From NCBI GenBank assembly GCA_013265495.1, contig MU058844.1, positions 6,385,260 through 6,449,259 of the forward strand: a DNA stretch of 64,000 bases, in the 5' to 3' direction. Positions 51,625 through 64,000 of the stretch are shown here, piece by piece. The notes beneath the pieces were generated by a model. The model made no database searches, was not told where the DNA came from, and saw only the letters and a list, made by a program, of their open reading frames with translations. A program made the position numbers and the translations under genes. The DNA is from Vicugna vicugna (taxonomy: Eukaryota). Within the stretch, counting starts at the first letter, position 1, and each line of letters opens with the position of its first letter.

Positions 51625-54600
51625 AGCTTCTACAGTAACACTCCATAAACCCTAAGTGGTTTTACATCAGAACTCAGCCAAGATTCTAAACAACAATCCC
51701 TGAGTAAAGATTAGAAGATTTGACTGTAAGGGTCCATCAATTCATTTTAAGCTAAAGGCATAGATTGACAGATTGGCATGAGCTCAGTGTAAGAAACAGA
51801 AGTATAGTGGTGACACTGGACGGATATACTCAAAGATACTGCAATTCCAACACTGGAGGAAATGATGCTGGCAAGTGATTTTGGCTAAACCATTTCAGGA
51901 TTACCTCTGTCACTGAGAAGGAGAAAGGAGGATTTACTGTTTGAAGTTTGCTTTTAGCATCTTGTGTAGGAATAATGATGGTGATCTAGATTACTTAACA
52001 GACACTTGTCACTTTCTAGTCAGGCTGCCCAATAAATCTTTCCTTTTGGTTTTAGAAGAAGCATCAATTATTCTGCCTGCAAAAAGCAAACCCACTACCT
52101 ACCTACTGTTCTTTCCTTCTTCTCTGGGTCTTCATTAATTTCTTGTACTATCAACCTAAGGGGAAAAAGTCTCTTTTGGTTCCTTCTGTCCCCTAATTAC
52201 TGCAGTCTACACGTGCTCCTTTACTTCAATACACAAATTTTAGTAATTTTATTTAAATAAATTAAACTTCTTTGATTATAAAAATAATACATTCTCATAA
52301 TAGACAATTTAGAAAATACAGAAAACTAAGAAGTCAAAGAAAAGAAAATCCACAAAAGTCTCACTACCTAAAGACAACCACTGGGTAACATTTCTGAGGT
52401 ATTTCCTAGTAGTTCTTTTTTTCATAGACTTGTTTTGTTTTTTTATTTACATACAATTGTATGTATCCTACATATGCTACTTCTCAGTTAGTACTATTAC
52501 AAATGCATTCTATGTAATGGAAATCTCATCCTAAATATACTTCTGGGGACTACACAGTATGATGCACCAACTTGTTACATGAAGGTTTTTAATTACTCTA
52601 TGTAATTAATCCATTTTCAGGTGGAATTAAAGATAACATGTCTACAATTATAAATATGTTGAGGGACATGACATAATCTGTATTGTAAATAGTTTTAAAA
52701 ACTTGTACCAATTTACCACATGCTATATGAGGTTACTCGTTTCACTAAGCCCCTGGTCAACACTCGGACACTAAATATTTTAAAGCTGCTGATAATTTGA
52801 CAAAAATATTATCTAGTATGGTCTTAATTTATATGTCTTTACTGCTAGCTAGATTAAAAGTGATTCCATATGAGTATTTATTAATTGTAGATCATAAAGT
52901 ATACAATATCTTTTTTCTTTCCCCCAATTATCTGCTGGATTCTAGTATTTCCATTTTTGTTTTCAATTGACCATTCATAATCCTATATCTGTTATCACTG
53001 GTGCAAATATTTTCTCCTGCCCATTTTTTGATTTTAGTTTCTACTCTGTTTTCAAAAGGGGCATTTCTTTTCCTCTAGGCATACAAATCTACCCACTTGC
53101 TAAATAGCTTCTAAATTACAAGCCATTTTCCTCTCATAATTTATAGGTTTATGTCTCTCATTTCAATTGATATATAAGATTTCAGGGACAAATTCTATAC
53201 TCTTCTAACATTTTATCTTTTGCATTAAAATACAGTGGTTAACAAAATTCTTTTAAGAGAAATATCTTGTCTGTTTCTGTTTTCATTTTCCATTCTTAAT
53301 TTATTCCAATCTGATTCTATCAAATTGACATTGTCCTCACTAAGAAGGCTTTAACCCATCTTATCTACTAAACATATTTATTCTTTATTTTCATTGTCTT
53401 CTCTGCTGAATTCAACTACACAAACTATTTCCTTTGTCTTTAAACTCTCTTCTCTGCAGGATTTTGGAACATCAGACTTCAAGTGCTTCCTTTCAGGCTC
53501 CTTTATAGAGTCCTTCAGTTGTTGGTGCTCCTCATTCTACGAGTATCTAGGAGCCCCCTACTCCGTCCCCACCCCACCCCATGCCTGGCACTGTGCTGGC
53601 TTTTGATGACAGTCAACTAGATTTGAATTGTTTATTGCCTCATGGGGCTAGCAGCCTAGAGGACTAGATATTACCAACCCCTACCTTATTCTGGTTCTCA
53701 GTTCCAGCTGAACTTCAGAATCACACCTTATTTTTATCATCATCATCCTACTAAGTCTGTTTTTCCTCCTGAATCCCCAAATCATCCAGACCAGGTACTC
53801 TGCAGTCAACCTTGGCAGCTCATCCTTTATGTAACATCTAATCAGAAACTGGGTCTAGTCTACCTGCTGGGCTTCTCGCTACTGTTTGGCTCCTCCTTTT
53901 CATCCCCATTGTCCCATTTGGAAGAGGAGTGAGTAAGCCTCTGCTGATTTACTGACATCCGTGCCTCAGCCCACTACAGTATGGCTTTCTCTGCACACCG
54001 TTTCACTAGAACTGTTCACACTGAGTGTACTAATATGGCTAAATCTTTGCGACTTTTTGACGTTCTTATCTCACTTACTCCTCTATAATATATGACATTG
54101 TTGTCCATGCCTCCCTTCTTAAAAGGCTTATTTCCTTTGACTCTTGTTTAATTACACTTATGCTGTTTTTTCTCTGTCATTTTGTCTTAAAGCCCAGTTT
54201 CCTTTTCCTTTGCCAACTTTTCCCGTCTAAGGATTCTATCCTGGGCCCAATCTTATTCTTAGGCTATAATCTTCCTGTAAGAGGATATTCATTCAAGTTT
54301 TCAAAATCACTTTCCTCATCTCCTTCTGAAATGCGTCCATCCAAAGCCCCTCCACTTAGGTATCCTACAGGTAATTTAAACAGAGTATGTAAAAGCTGAA
54401 CTCATGTGTTATGCCACCTTTTCCAAATTCCTAGAATTCTAGCATCAGACTCTGCAAAACACGGAAACTAGAGTGTTGTGCTGAAGCAGCATTCTTCCTC
54501 ACCCTTCAATTGTGGATTTTACCTCCTAAATTCATTTCAATCTATCAAATCTCTGGTATTCACATTCTCACTTATTTAATTTCAATTCATCATATCTTTT

Positions 54601-56889
54601 CAATTACTGTAACTGCCTTCTCACTGGTCTTTATGCTTTTGGTCTTGTTCCCATGTATGTATCTCCACACTGCAAATGGTCTTGATAAAGTACAAATCTA
54701 ATTATGCTCTTCCAGAGGTTAAACTCCTGGTTGTCCACTCCCTTCGGATAATGTTCAAAACATTTTGCATAGCATATAGGCCTTCTATACACCTTCAGAT
54801 GCCATCTGTTAAGTTCCTGCCTCAATCACCCAGATGTACTATAATTACTCAAAATGATCTCTTTTGCCTATAGACATAATGTTTGGGATTATCCACATTA
54901 TCAGTGGTGTTCCTGCTTCAGGTCTTCAGGTCTGAGTTTAGAAATTACATTCTTTGGGGGAAGCCCCTGATCGTCCAACACTTTATTCCTTATCTGCATT
55001 AGGCTAGAGATGCCTCCAAAGATACTATGGAGACCTCATGATAGTATTTATTACATTATTTTACTTTCTTATTCATGTGTCTCTTTTGCCTACTAGAATA
55101 TACGCGCTTTAAGTGGTACACAGCACGGTGGTGCTCAGCAAATACTGGTACAATTAAGGAACAATTGTCATGGCTGATGAGCGTTCTCTAAGAAATACAG
55201 AGCTGGAATTTAGATTTTTAGTGTGCAGACGAACTGTGCATTGTGGAGGATAACACATGTCTAAATGTGATTAACTCAGTTATAATAAGAGAAACTTCAG
55301 CTCTGAAAGTCAGAATTAGATTGGGATAAAAATTGACAAACAAAGGCAGCAAACTCAAAACGAAAAAAACAACACTATATATATATAAAGTATTTATAAA
55401 ATGTTGACAAAGTCCTCAATCCTAGAGAAAAGTAGTTCAGCTTTAAGACGTTCACCAAAAGAAATGAAGTCTCTTTAAATTAATGGAAATATTTTTTTTC
55501 TTCAAGAAAAGCAAATTAAGTGTTCATTAAACCCATATGTTTCAAATTAATCAGTTTTCTAAATTTTCAATATAGCATAATATCCTCTACAGAGGGAGAT
55601 TAGGATTCAATTATCATTTGGGGCACACAAAAAGAAGCTAATTATTTATAGTTTTAATACATATGGCAATTTTCCCATGACTATTTTCTTTTCCCTTAAT
55701 GGCCTTTCTCAGTAATATAATAATAAAATACTGTTGGTTTCATGGATGGAGATGAGTTCATTTCTTTACCAAAAGCTTTTGGAGGACATGGCTGCATGCT
55801 GAGCAAAATGCTTCATGTGATGGAAATATTTTTGGTAACTTTGATAAATGGCTCATTCTATGTATTTTATGCTGGAAAAAGTAAAAAATATGATTTACAT
55901 TATAAAGTATAAGTGTTCTGTATATGTTTACTAAAAGAAGTTATTGCATCATACCTCACAAATAAAGCAAAAATAAAATTGGAGTTTGGCATAAATGTTA
56001 CACTAACAGATTTTTAAATTTATTAACATCTGTATAAATACTTGTTGATAGGCTGTTTATGGCTTCTTCCTTAACCAACCCAATCTGCTGTTGGAAAGTT
56101 GACAGCACTGGCATGAAACCAGTAACTCTCTAAGAGCCATTTGTGTGTGACATGCAACATCCCTATTCTTTTAAAATATATTTAAATATATACGTAATTG
56201 ATCACTAAGGAAAAATGACTGTATGAATAAAGAAGATTGTTGGTACAAGAGTTTAAAAACAGAGATTTTAGGAACAGAGCCAAAGCTACACGTAAGGGTC
56301 AAAGGCTAATTGCAGCGCTAATCACTACTTTACATATTTCACTATATTTTATGGCAGAAAAGGTAAAAAAAAAAAAGTACTAGAATAAAAAATACTTGCT
56401 TATTTCTGACATTTGAATTAATTTTCAAAATTCATCTGTTGAGGGGTTTGGGTAATACATTAAGTATATGAATGGTCTTTACGAAAGCAAAGAAAAATAA
56501 AAGCGAGTTACTAAATTATACATTTAAAAATACATGGATTTTGCAAGACACAATTTTCAATACCAAGGAATTGCTAGGGTTACGTAAATCCCTCTGGAAT
56601 AACAGAACCATTCTTTTCTAAAGCGGTTATAGTTGTGCTTATTAAATAATTATAAGTATTCTGATTTTAATTTATGTACAATTCTACCTGAAAAAAATAT
56701 GTTTTCCCATTTATATTGTTCAGTTGAGTTGTATCTCCTCATTAATATCTTTAGAGTGGAGTACCAAATACTACATAAAGGGTGGTTCTTTTGTGTCTTC
56801 TGTAAGAGCCACAAAACTCAAGAAAATAGCAGGTTGTTAAAGTTATAAAGATATTAATATATAATGTGTCTCCATGTTTGCTGTTAACT

Positions 56890-57135
56890 AGGGCTGAGAC
56901 TAGAGTAAGGAAAGAGGGAGAAGTGAGATATTTGCCTTAGGCACAACATGTAAGGGGGTGCCAACAAATCAGTAATCAAGATACATAATATTTTGATGTC
57001 ATAATTTAAAATCAAAATTAATGCAAAAATCCACGATGCACCAAATATCCAAGTTCTAAATGACAGAATCAGTAACAGTGCTGTGCCAAGCTCTATTGGA
57101 GCCTGCGGTAAAAGGAAAGCTCAGTAACACTAATC
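56890..57135 (+). mobile_element. hAT DNA transposon fragment (MER96B/MER91-like)
   Basis: agggctgagactagagtaagg...taagggggtgccaacaaatcagtaatcaagata...atcaaaattaatgcaaaaatccacgatg. Confidence 0.7.
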
Positions 57136-57409
57136 CTTCTTTGCCACGGTATTGGCAGCTTTACCCACTTCTAAGTAATGCTAATGAAAGTGTCAAAAGG
57201 GTTTGTTTTTAGAACTACTCAGTAGCCATTGTCTGAGATTGCTTTCTACTGTTTGTCCTGAATCAGGCACACTACTGAGTTTTCCACTACAAGAGGCCCT
57301 GGAATTCTGACATATAAGAAAACAATTACAGAATCAATTACTTCAGTCTATATAGGAGAAGCTAAACCCTATTCATCTTTCCATCTGCCTAGCAACTAAC
57401 TTACCAGCT

Positions 57410-57540
57410 GTCATGTTGGGCACATTGTTTACTTCCTCTCTGCCTCAGTTTTCTCCTCTCAAAATGTATGTAGTAACCATATAAAGTAATAGAACACATA
57501 GAATGCCCAACATATAGTAAGGGTTTTAACAACTGTAGCT
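57410..57540 (+). mobile_element. MIR SINE relic
   Basis: ttaccagctgtcatgttgggca...ctctctgcctcagttttctc. Confidence 0.55.
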
Positions 57541-57541
57541 G

Positions 57542-57619
57542 TTTTTCTTTTCTTTTCTCTCCTTCCTTCCTTCCTTCCTTCCTTCCTTCCTTCCTTTCTT
57601 TCCTTTTCTTTTCTTTCTT
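57542..57619. repeat. (TTCC)n microsatellite / polypyrimidine tract
   Basis: ccttccttccttccttcc... flanked by T-rich runs. Confidence 0.9.
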
Positions 57620-58772
57620 AAATGAACTCCATTATGCACAGCCTTAATGCTCTCTCAGTTGCCATGGGCTGAGACTTCCCTACCCTGGAGGGAGACTGTC
57701 TGCAGAAGTTTCTAAATCTAGGCTAAGATCAGGATTCCAGGGGGTCACTGACAGGAGGGGAAGATTCCAGGATTAACCACAAAACTAGACAGAATAATTT
57801 TCTGGGGGTGAGTCCAGGAAGTCCTCCTTACCAGAATTCTAAATCTGTAACAGGTATTTTTTAAAATGTATTTTATTTCATAATATATGAGGATTTTAGT
57901 GTGTCTCTAATAAAGGAGAATTAATTTCCAAAAGATAAGAAGGGTACACAGTCCTAATTGATTTGAAGTTATTTCAAATAATTTTTAGCAATTGGTCAGT
58001 AATAACCATGAAGGAGTCTCCACTGACATGATTCTCTCCTGTTTCACTCTCTCAATTTAATTATCCTTGGAAAATATTCCTCTTTCCAACCTAGACTCCC
58101 TCAGGGAGTGTTAATATAGTAGGTCATCCAAACTAGGAACCACCGGATAGAATAATGGAGAGACTGATGATGTAAGTAGGTCGGCTTTCAAAATAACATG
58201 GTCATAATGACCACATAAATATCACTGCCACCTGTTTTTTGTTTTGTTTGTCTGTTTGTTTTTTGGTACAGTTTTAGCCTTCAGTTCCCTGCCATCTAGA
58301 AGTTTCTACTATTTTGTAAAAAAAAAAAAAATCTCTACCTTACTTATATTTATTAACTGAGATCCAAGTACATGGTTAATTTTCTTTACTAGTTTTATTT
58401 CAAAAGGAACCAATTAAGTGGTATTATGATACATTAATGATAGAAACTTGATGGACCCAATTAAACACTTTTTAAATCATTGTAATCAGTTTTTAATAGC
58501 TATAAAACAGAAATGTTCATTATATATATATACCTATAATTCATAAAACATTTCTCATTGATTATTTATTATAGAAAGAAGTAAGATAGAAATTATAGGT
58601 CTTCCCTATGAAAGTAAGTTTCAGCTTTAAACTATTTACACACATATTAATTTGTGGACCTCTTTTTTTGGAGAAGGTACTGTGTGTGGGGTTTGAAGCA
58701 GGAAGGGCCCTCTATTGGACAAGTCACTCCCGTACCCTTAGTTTTGTCATTCGTGAACTTAGGAGGAAAAGC

Positions 58773-58803
58773 AAAACATGGAGTGCTTCATGAATTTGTG
58801 TGT
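58773..58803 (-). pseudogene. U6 snRNA 3'-end retrocopy fragment
   Basis: aaaacatggagtgcttcatgaatttgtgtgt versus the reverse complement of the U6 3' end AAAATATGGAACGCTTCACGAATTTGCGTGT: 26/31 identical, and three of the five differences are CpG decay. Confidence 0.75.
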
Positions 58804-58810
58804 TTTTCTT

Positions 58811-59125
58811 AGTGTTGTCAGTGTTTTGGATTGAGGCCATTCAATAGGTGTGCAGTGTTATCTCACTGTTGTTTTGGTTTTTTTAAATCCATTTTAAAAA
58901 TCAAGTTGGTTGTTTTCTTATTGCTGAGTCTGAGGGGGGTTTTGGTATATTTTGGGTAACAGTCCTTTATCAGATGTGTCTTCTGCAAACATTTTCTCCC
59001 AGTCTGTGGCTTGTCTTCTCATGATTTTGATAGTGTTTTTCACAGAGCAGAAGTTTTAAATTACTTGCATCATGCTCTTGATGTTGTATCTAAATGGTCA
59101 TTGCCAAATCCAAGGGCACCTAGAA
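58811..59125 (-). mobile_element. LINE-1 ORF2 3' fragment
   Basis: ccattcaataggtgtgcagtgttatctcactgttgtttt...cctttatcagatgtg...ttttctcccagtctgtggcttgtctt...cacagagcagaagtttt. Confidence 0.85.
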
Positions 59126-60264
59126 TTCATCTCTGATGTAGCTATAGTAAATACATAAAGACTAATGCCCTATCCTTTGGTTAATAATTAAACAACATGA
59201 TGAGGAGTTCTAGTAAATATCTATACCTAAGCAATTGACGTTAAGATCTATTCTTAATACTTGGAGGTAGCTGCCTCAGGAGAACAGAGGATAGAATGCG
59301 ATTTGTTGAACAACCAGAATACTCTCTAGGGACTTTATATATATCATTGTGTCTTTACAACATCCTTGTAAGAAATATATAATTATCATTCTTTTTTTTT
59401 TGATAATGAAATTAAAGTGTTGAGCTTATGCAAGAGTAACATGAATTTGAACCCACATTTGCCTGACGCCAAAGCCCACAGTGCTTCCACTTCATCAGGG
59501 AGCCATCTTTTCCCATGAAATTCCCCTTAATGCCCTATTTCTGAATATGGAAATAAATGACATTTAAAATGTTCTTAATATACCAGCTGTAATAAATAAC
59601 ACAGAATTTCTTTTTCTCTTGTGGATAACTTTCGGAAAATAAGGAATGATTCTGAAATAAAATTTTCCACATTTCGTCTCAGAGGAATTTGTAAATTTCT
59701 ACTAAACCTAATCAGATGTTAAATTATGGGAATGAAAAAGAACAACAGATATTCTAGCCATAGAAAATTATGTATGAATTGGTCAACAAACACAGTATTC
59801 TATAATGCTGTACTTTTCCTGTAGTAAATACTTTAAGATGCATAGCTTTTTCATGCATATGAAGAATAAATTTGTGACTACTTAAAGCATATTTCTTATC
59901 TATGCTCTCTGAAAAACAAAAGCATTTTTAGCTGAGTGTTTCTATGCTACAAAAGAGCTATAAAACAGCATAATTTGACCTAAAGAAAGTGGAACAAATG
60001 GATTTTTCCCCCTTTTTCTGTCTTCTCCTTTTAAACTTAAATATAAATGGTTTGGCTTTTTTGTTTTGCAAATTAAGAAAACAATTTCATAAAGGGAAAA
60101 GTTTTACAAATTGAACACTCAAAATCACACACAGTAAATAGAATATAATAAATATTTTGGTTAGATTAATCATATCTACAGGGCTGCTTTAGTTTAAATT
60201 CTAATAGAAAGAAAGCAGAAGTAAATCATTGGTTTCATATTCAAAACTAACACGGTGGAAGTGC

Positions 60265-60765
60265 TGTCAGACAATTCTCCATTTCAGAACATTTGGGAAG
60301 TGTGACCCTAACTAGACTTTTGTTACAGACTATCTTTCCAAAAACATTTGTATACCAAACAGTCTTAGAAGACAGAGATAGTGTCTCCTTTGACGCAAAG
60401 GGCAGATCTGTTGGCTGTCCAGTAGAAGATCGTGTTTTCTCATCAGTACAAAAGGCAGTTTAATTTGCAACCCACTATAAAATATTTGAGCTCCCTAAGC
60501 TTGGGTTTCTCAGCTGTGACAAACCTACCTTGAGCTCAGTATCTACCAGGACTCCTTCACTTTACTCCTGTGGAGGCTGAGGGCTAAGAGAACCAACACA
60601 AATACGCTAGTGCCCAGGCTGCTTGCTGTGCTGTGAATAATAAAGCCCTCCGTCCCTGACCTCGGAGTCTTGTATCTTCTGCCAGCATCACAGAATGATG
60701 TTGGGATAACTTTCTCTTCCACCTGAAAGTGGGATCCAGTCTCAAACTCTCAAGAGTTTTTGACA
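60265..60765 (+). mobile_element. ERV solo LTR relic
   Basis: TGTCA...TGACA inverted termini about 500 bp apart, TATAAAA at about 60476, AATAAA at about 60639 followed by ...tgacctcggagtcttgtatcttctgccagcatc. Confidence 0.65.
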
Positions 60766-60799
60766 CAGAAGAACTTTACTCATAAGAGTAAAACTGTAT

Positions 60800-63700
60800 A
60801 CAGCAGAAAAAAAGAAAATCTTTTGCTTTAGAATCTCAAGTAATGAGGAAAAAAAGGCAGACAGGTTATCTTCAACACAGTTGTAGTGAAACTGACAGCT
60901 AATACCTTAAAAGTAACAAGAGAAGGCAGAAGAGAGTTCAATATCTTCAGTGATTGAAAGTTGTATGAATGAAAGAAAGTTACTGTCAAACTGGAATTCA
61001 CCAGAATAAGGACAAAATACAGAAACATTTTCATATTAACAAAAGCTGCGTTTGCTACTAGCAAACACTTTTTAAAGATATTTATTTAAATGGACAGTCC
61101 TTTTCACAATAAAATTCCAGATGAAAGATCCATATTGCAAGATGATATAGGAAATTCATGAATAAGAAATATGTTCGTAAAATCTAATATAAAATGACAG
61201 TATAAATAGCAACAATAATGTCTTGTGAAATTAAATATGTCGAGTAAAAGAGAAAAATATTAATACATAATTCACTATGGCGCTGAATTGAATTAATATG
61301 TTCAATGGTTCCCATATTCCCTAGGAAGAGCAAAGATTAATTTTAGATTATTTTAACTATGTAATGTTATGATTTCCAGAGTAAAAACTAAGATGAATAT
61401 ATGTAAACAATATTAATTCCATTTTAGTACAAAGAAAACAATAGGAAGAAAAGAGGTATTCAATCCAAAATGGAACAAAGAAGGTAAAGAAAAAGAACAC
61501 AGTGTATTTAGGCTAATAGAAAACACAAAATAGATACTCATTCAACTATATCAGTACTTATATTACATGTAATTGGTTAAATAACACAGTTAGCAGATAA
61601 CAATTGTTTCTAGATTTAAAAAAAAAATCCAAAAGTCAAACTTAAATTATAAAGGTACCGTAAGTTTGATAAGTAATTAAGTAAGATTAATATGTAATTA
61701 AGTAATATTAATAAGTAATTTAATAAGAAATTTTGAAATAAGTGAAAATGAAATGAAAAGAAAATACAACTTATTAAATTTGTAAAATGCAGAAAAAAAT
61801 AATGCTTACAGGGCAATTTATAGCACTGAATGCATATTTTAGAAAAGAAGAAATATCTAAAATCAATAATCTAAGTTTCTACCTTAGGAAACTTGGGGGA
61901 AAAGAGCAAATTAAATTCAAAGTAAAGAGAAGAAAACAGTAAGAATTTGAGAAGAAATCAATGAAATTGAAAAGAGGAAATCAATAGAGACTATTAATGA
62001 AACCAAAAGCTAGTTCTTTGAAAAAAAATTTTAAAAAATCAATAAGTAACCCTCTGACCAGGAAAACTAAGGGAAAGAAAAAAAAAAAAGGAAGACAAGA
62101 CACAAATTACTAATATCAGAGTAAAAGAGGGGACATCACTATAGATTCCATGGACATTAAAAGAATGACAAAAGTATGCTATGAACAACTCTATTCCCAC
62201 AAATTTGATAACCTGGACGAAATTTCTTTGAAATACATAAACTGCATACATAAGAATAAACAGATGACCTGAATAGGCATAAATCTATTAATGAAATTGA
62301 ATCAACAATTAATCACCTTCCAAAATGGAAAGCACCAGGACCAGAAGGGCTCTTGGTGAATTCTAACAAACATTTAAGAAAGAAACTATACATATTCTCT
62401 TTTAATCTCTTTCAGAGGATAGCAGCAGAGAGAAAACTTCCTAACTCATCCTATAAGGCCAGAATTACACTAATACCAGAACCAGATAAAGATGTTACAT
62501 GAAAGAAAACTACAATCAATGTCTCTCATGAACATTACACAAAAATCCTCAACAAAATATTAGCAAAACAGATCGAACAATTTATAAAAAGAGTTATACA
62601 CCATAACTAAGTGGGATTTATCCCAACTATGCAAAGCTGGTTCAGCATTTGAAAAATCAATGAATGTATCCGACACATCAACAGACTAAAATAGAAAAAT
62701 CACATGATAATATCAATAGATGCAGAAAAAGCATTTGATAAAATCCACTCATTTGTGATTAAAAACTCCCAATAAACTAGGAATAGAGGGGAACTTCCTC
62801 AACTTGGAAAAAAATGTCTACAAAAACCCTACAACTAATACTGTATTTAATGGTGAGAAATCGGAAGCTTTCCTACTAAAATTAGGTACAATGATGTTGC
62901 CCCTCACCAATCCTTTTCAAACTTGTACTGAAAGTTCTAACTAATGCAATAAAATAAGAAAAGGATATAAAAGATATACAGATTAGGAAGGAAGAAATAG
63001 AACCATCTTTGCTTGCAGATGACCTGATCATCTATGCAAAAAACCTAAAAAAACTGACAAGAAAACTTCTGAAACTAAAGTGGTTATATAGCAAGGTTGT
63101 GGGATCTAAGGTTAATATACAGAAGTCAACCACTTTCCTATATACCAGCACTGAAAAGGTAGAATTTGAAGTTAAAACACAATACCATTTACACAGGCAA
63201 CCACATAATTAAAGGTTAAGGGATAACTCTAACAAAAATATGTACAAAATCTATATGAGGAAAACTACAAAGCTCTGATGAAATAAAGAAGGTCTAAACA
63301 AATGGGTAAATATTGCATGTTCATGGTTTGGCAGATTCAATATTGGTAAGATTTCAGTTTTTCCTAACTTGATCTATAGATTCAATTAAATCCCAGCAAG
63401 TCATTTTTGTGGATAATGACAAAGTGACTCTAAAGTTTATAGGAGAGTTAAAAGACCCAGAATGGCCAACACAATATTGAAGAAGAACAAAGTGGAAGAC
63501 TGACATTACTCTACTGCAAGACTTAACTATAAATCTATAGCAACCAAGACAGTGCGGTATTGGCAAAAGAATACACACATATATCAATGAAACAGAATAA
63601 ACAGCTCAGATACAGACACACACTAATATGGTCAGCAGGTCTTTGACAAAGGAGTAAAGGCAATACAATGGAGCAAAGAGAGTTTTTTCAACAAACGGTG

Positions 63701-64000
63701 CTAGAACAAGTGGACATCCACATACAAAAAAACCAAATCTAGGCTATTATTCATAAACGAATCCAGAAATCCATTAACTCAAAATGGATTGCATACGTAA
63801 ATGTAAAATCAAGACTCTAAAACTCCTAGAATATAACATAGAAGAAAACCTATATGACCTTGGGTATAGCTATGACTTTTTTGATATAACAACAGAGGCA
63901 TAATGCATGAAAGAAATAATGAACAAGTTAGAATTCAAAATATACAGAGGGCTCTTAAATCTTAACAGGAAGAAAACAAACAACCTGATTAAAAAAATGG
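60800..64000 (+). mobile_element. Old LINE-1 (degenerate ORF1 remnants plus ORF2 RT region), runs off the window
   Basis: ORF2 hallmarks from about 61740: tttatagcactgaatgc, aatgaaaccaaaagctagttctttgaaa, atatcaatagatgcagaaaaagcatttgataaaat (SIDAEKAFDK), LADDLIIY (RT motif). Many stops and frameshifts. Confidence 0.92.

Noticed and set aside
61660..61727. TAATTA-rich short tandem array
   Set aside because: Degenerate AT-rich slippage repeat inside an L1 relic; not CRISPR-like (no spacers) and no evidence of function.

Overview
Mammalian genomic DNA, AT-rich except for two CpG islands. It is probably camelid, inferred from a tRNA-Ala-derived Vic-1-like SINE. The window covers the LRRIQ1-ALX1 junction, with both genes on the minus strand. 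ALX1 (CART1, paired-like homeobox): TATA box, CpG-island promoter, coding exon 1 (3148-3373) and exon 2 (8-312); the gene continues beyond the left edge. LRRIQ1: the last coding exons (49636-49768, 46881-46941, 41032-41184), plus a frame-compatible distal terminal exon (20193-20335) reached through an internal GTAAGT donor. The rest is intronic or intergenic DNA with L1, MaLR/ERV LTR, MIR, hAT and SINE relics and microsatellites. I see no prokaryote-style novel system (no CRISPR, operon or intact mobile element). The most interesting signals are: a two-way LRRIQ1 C-terminus; an AG|GTAAGG recursive-splice-like site; a 5'-complete tailless ORF1-only L1 insertion with target-site duplication; an L1-U6 junction in reversed order; and candidate ALX1 craniofacial enhancer motifs. 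Repeat family names and orthologue comparisons come from recall, not from database searches.
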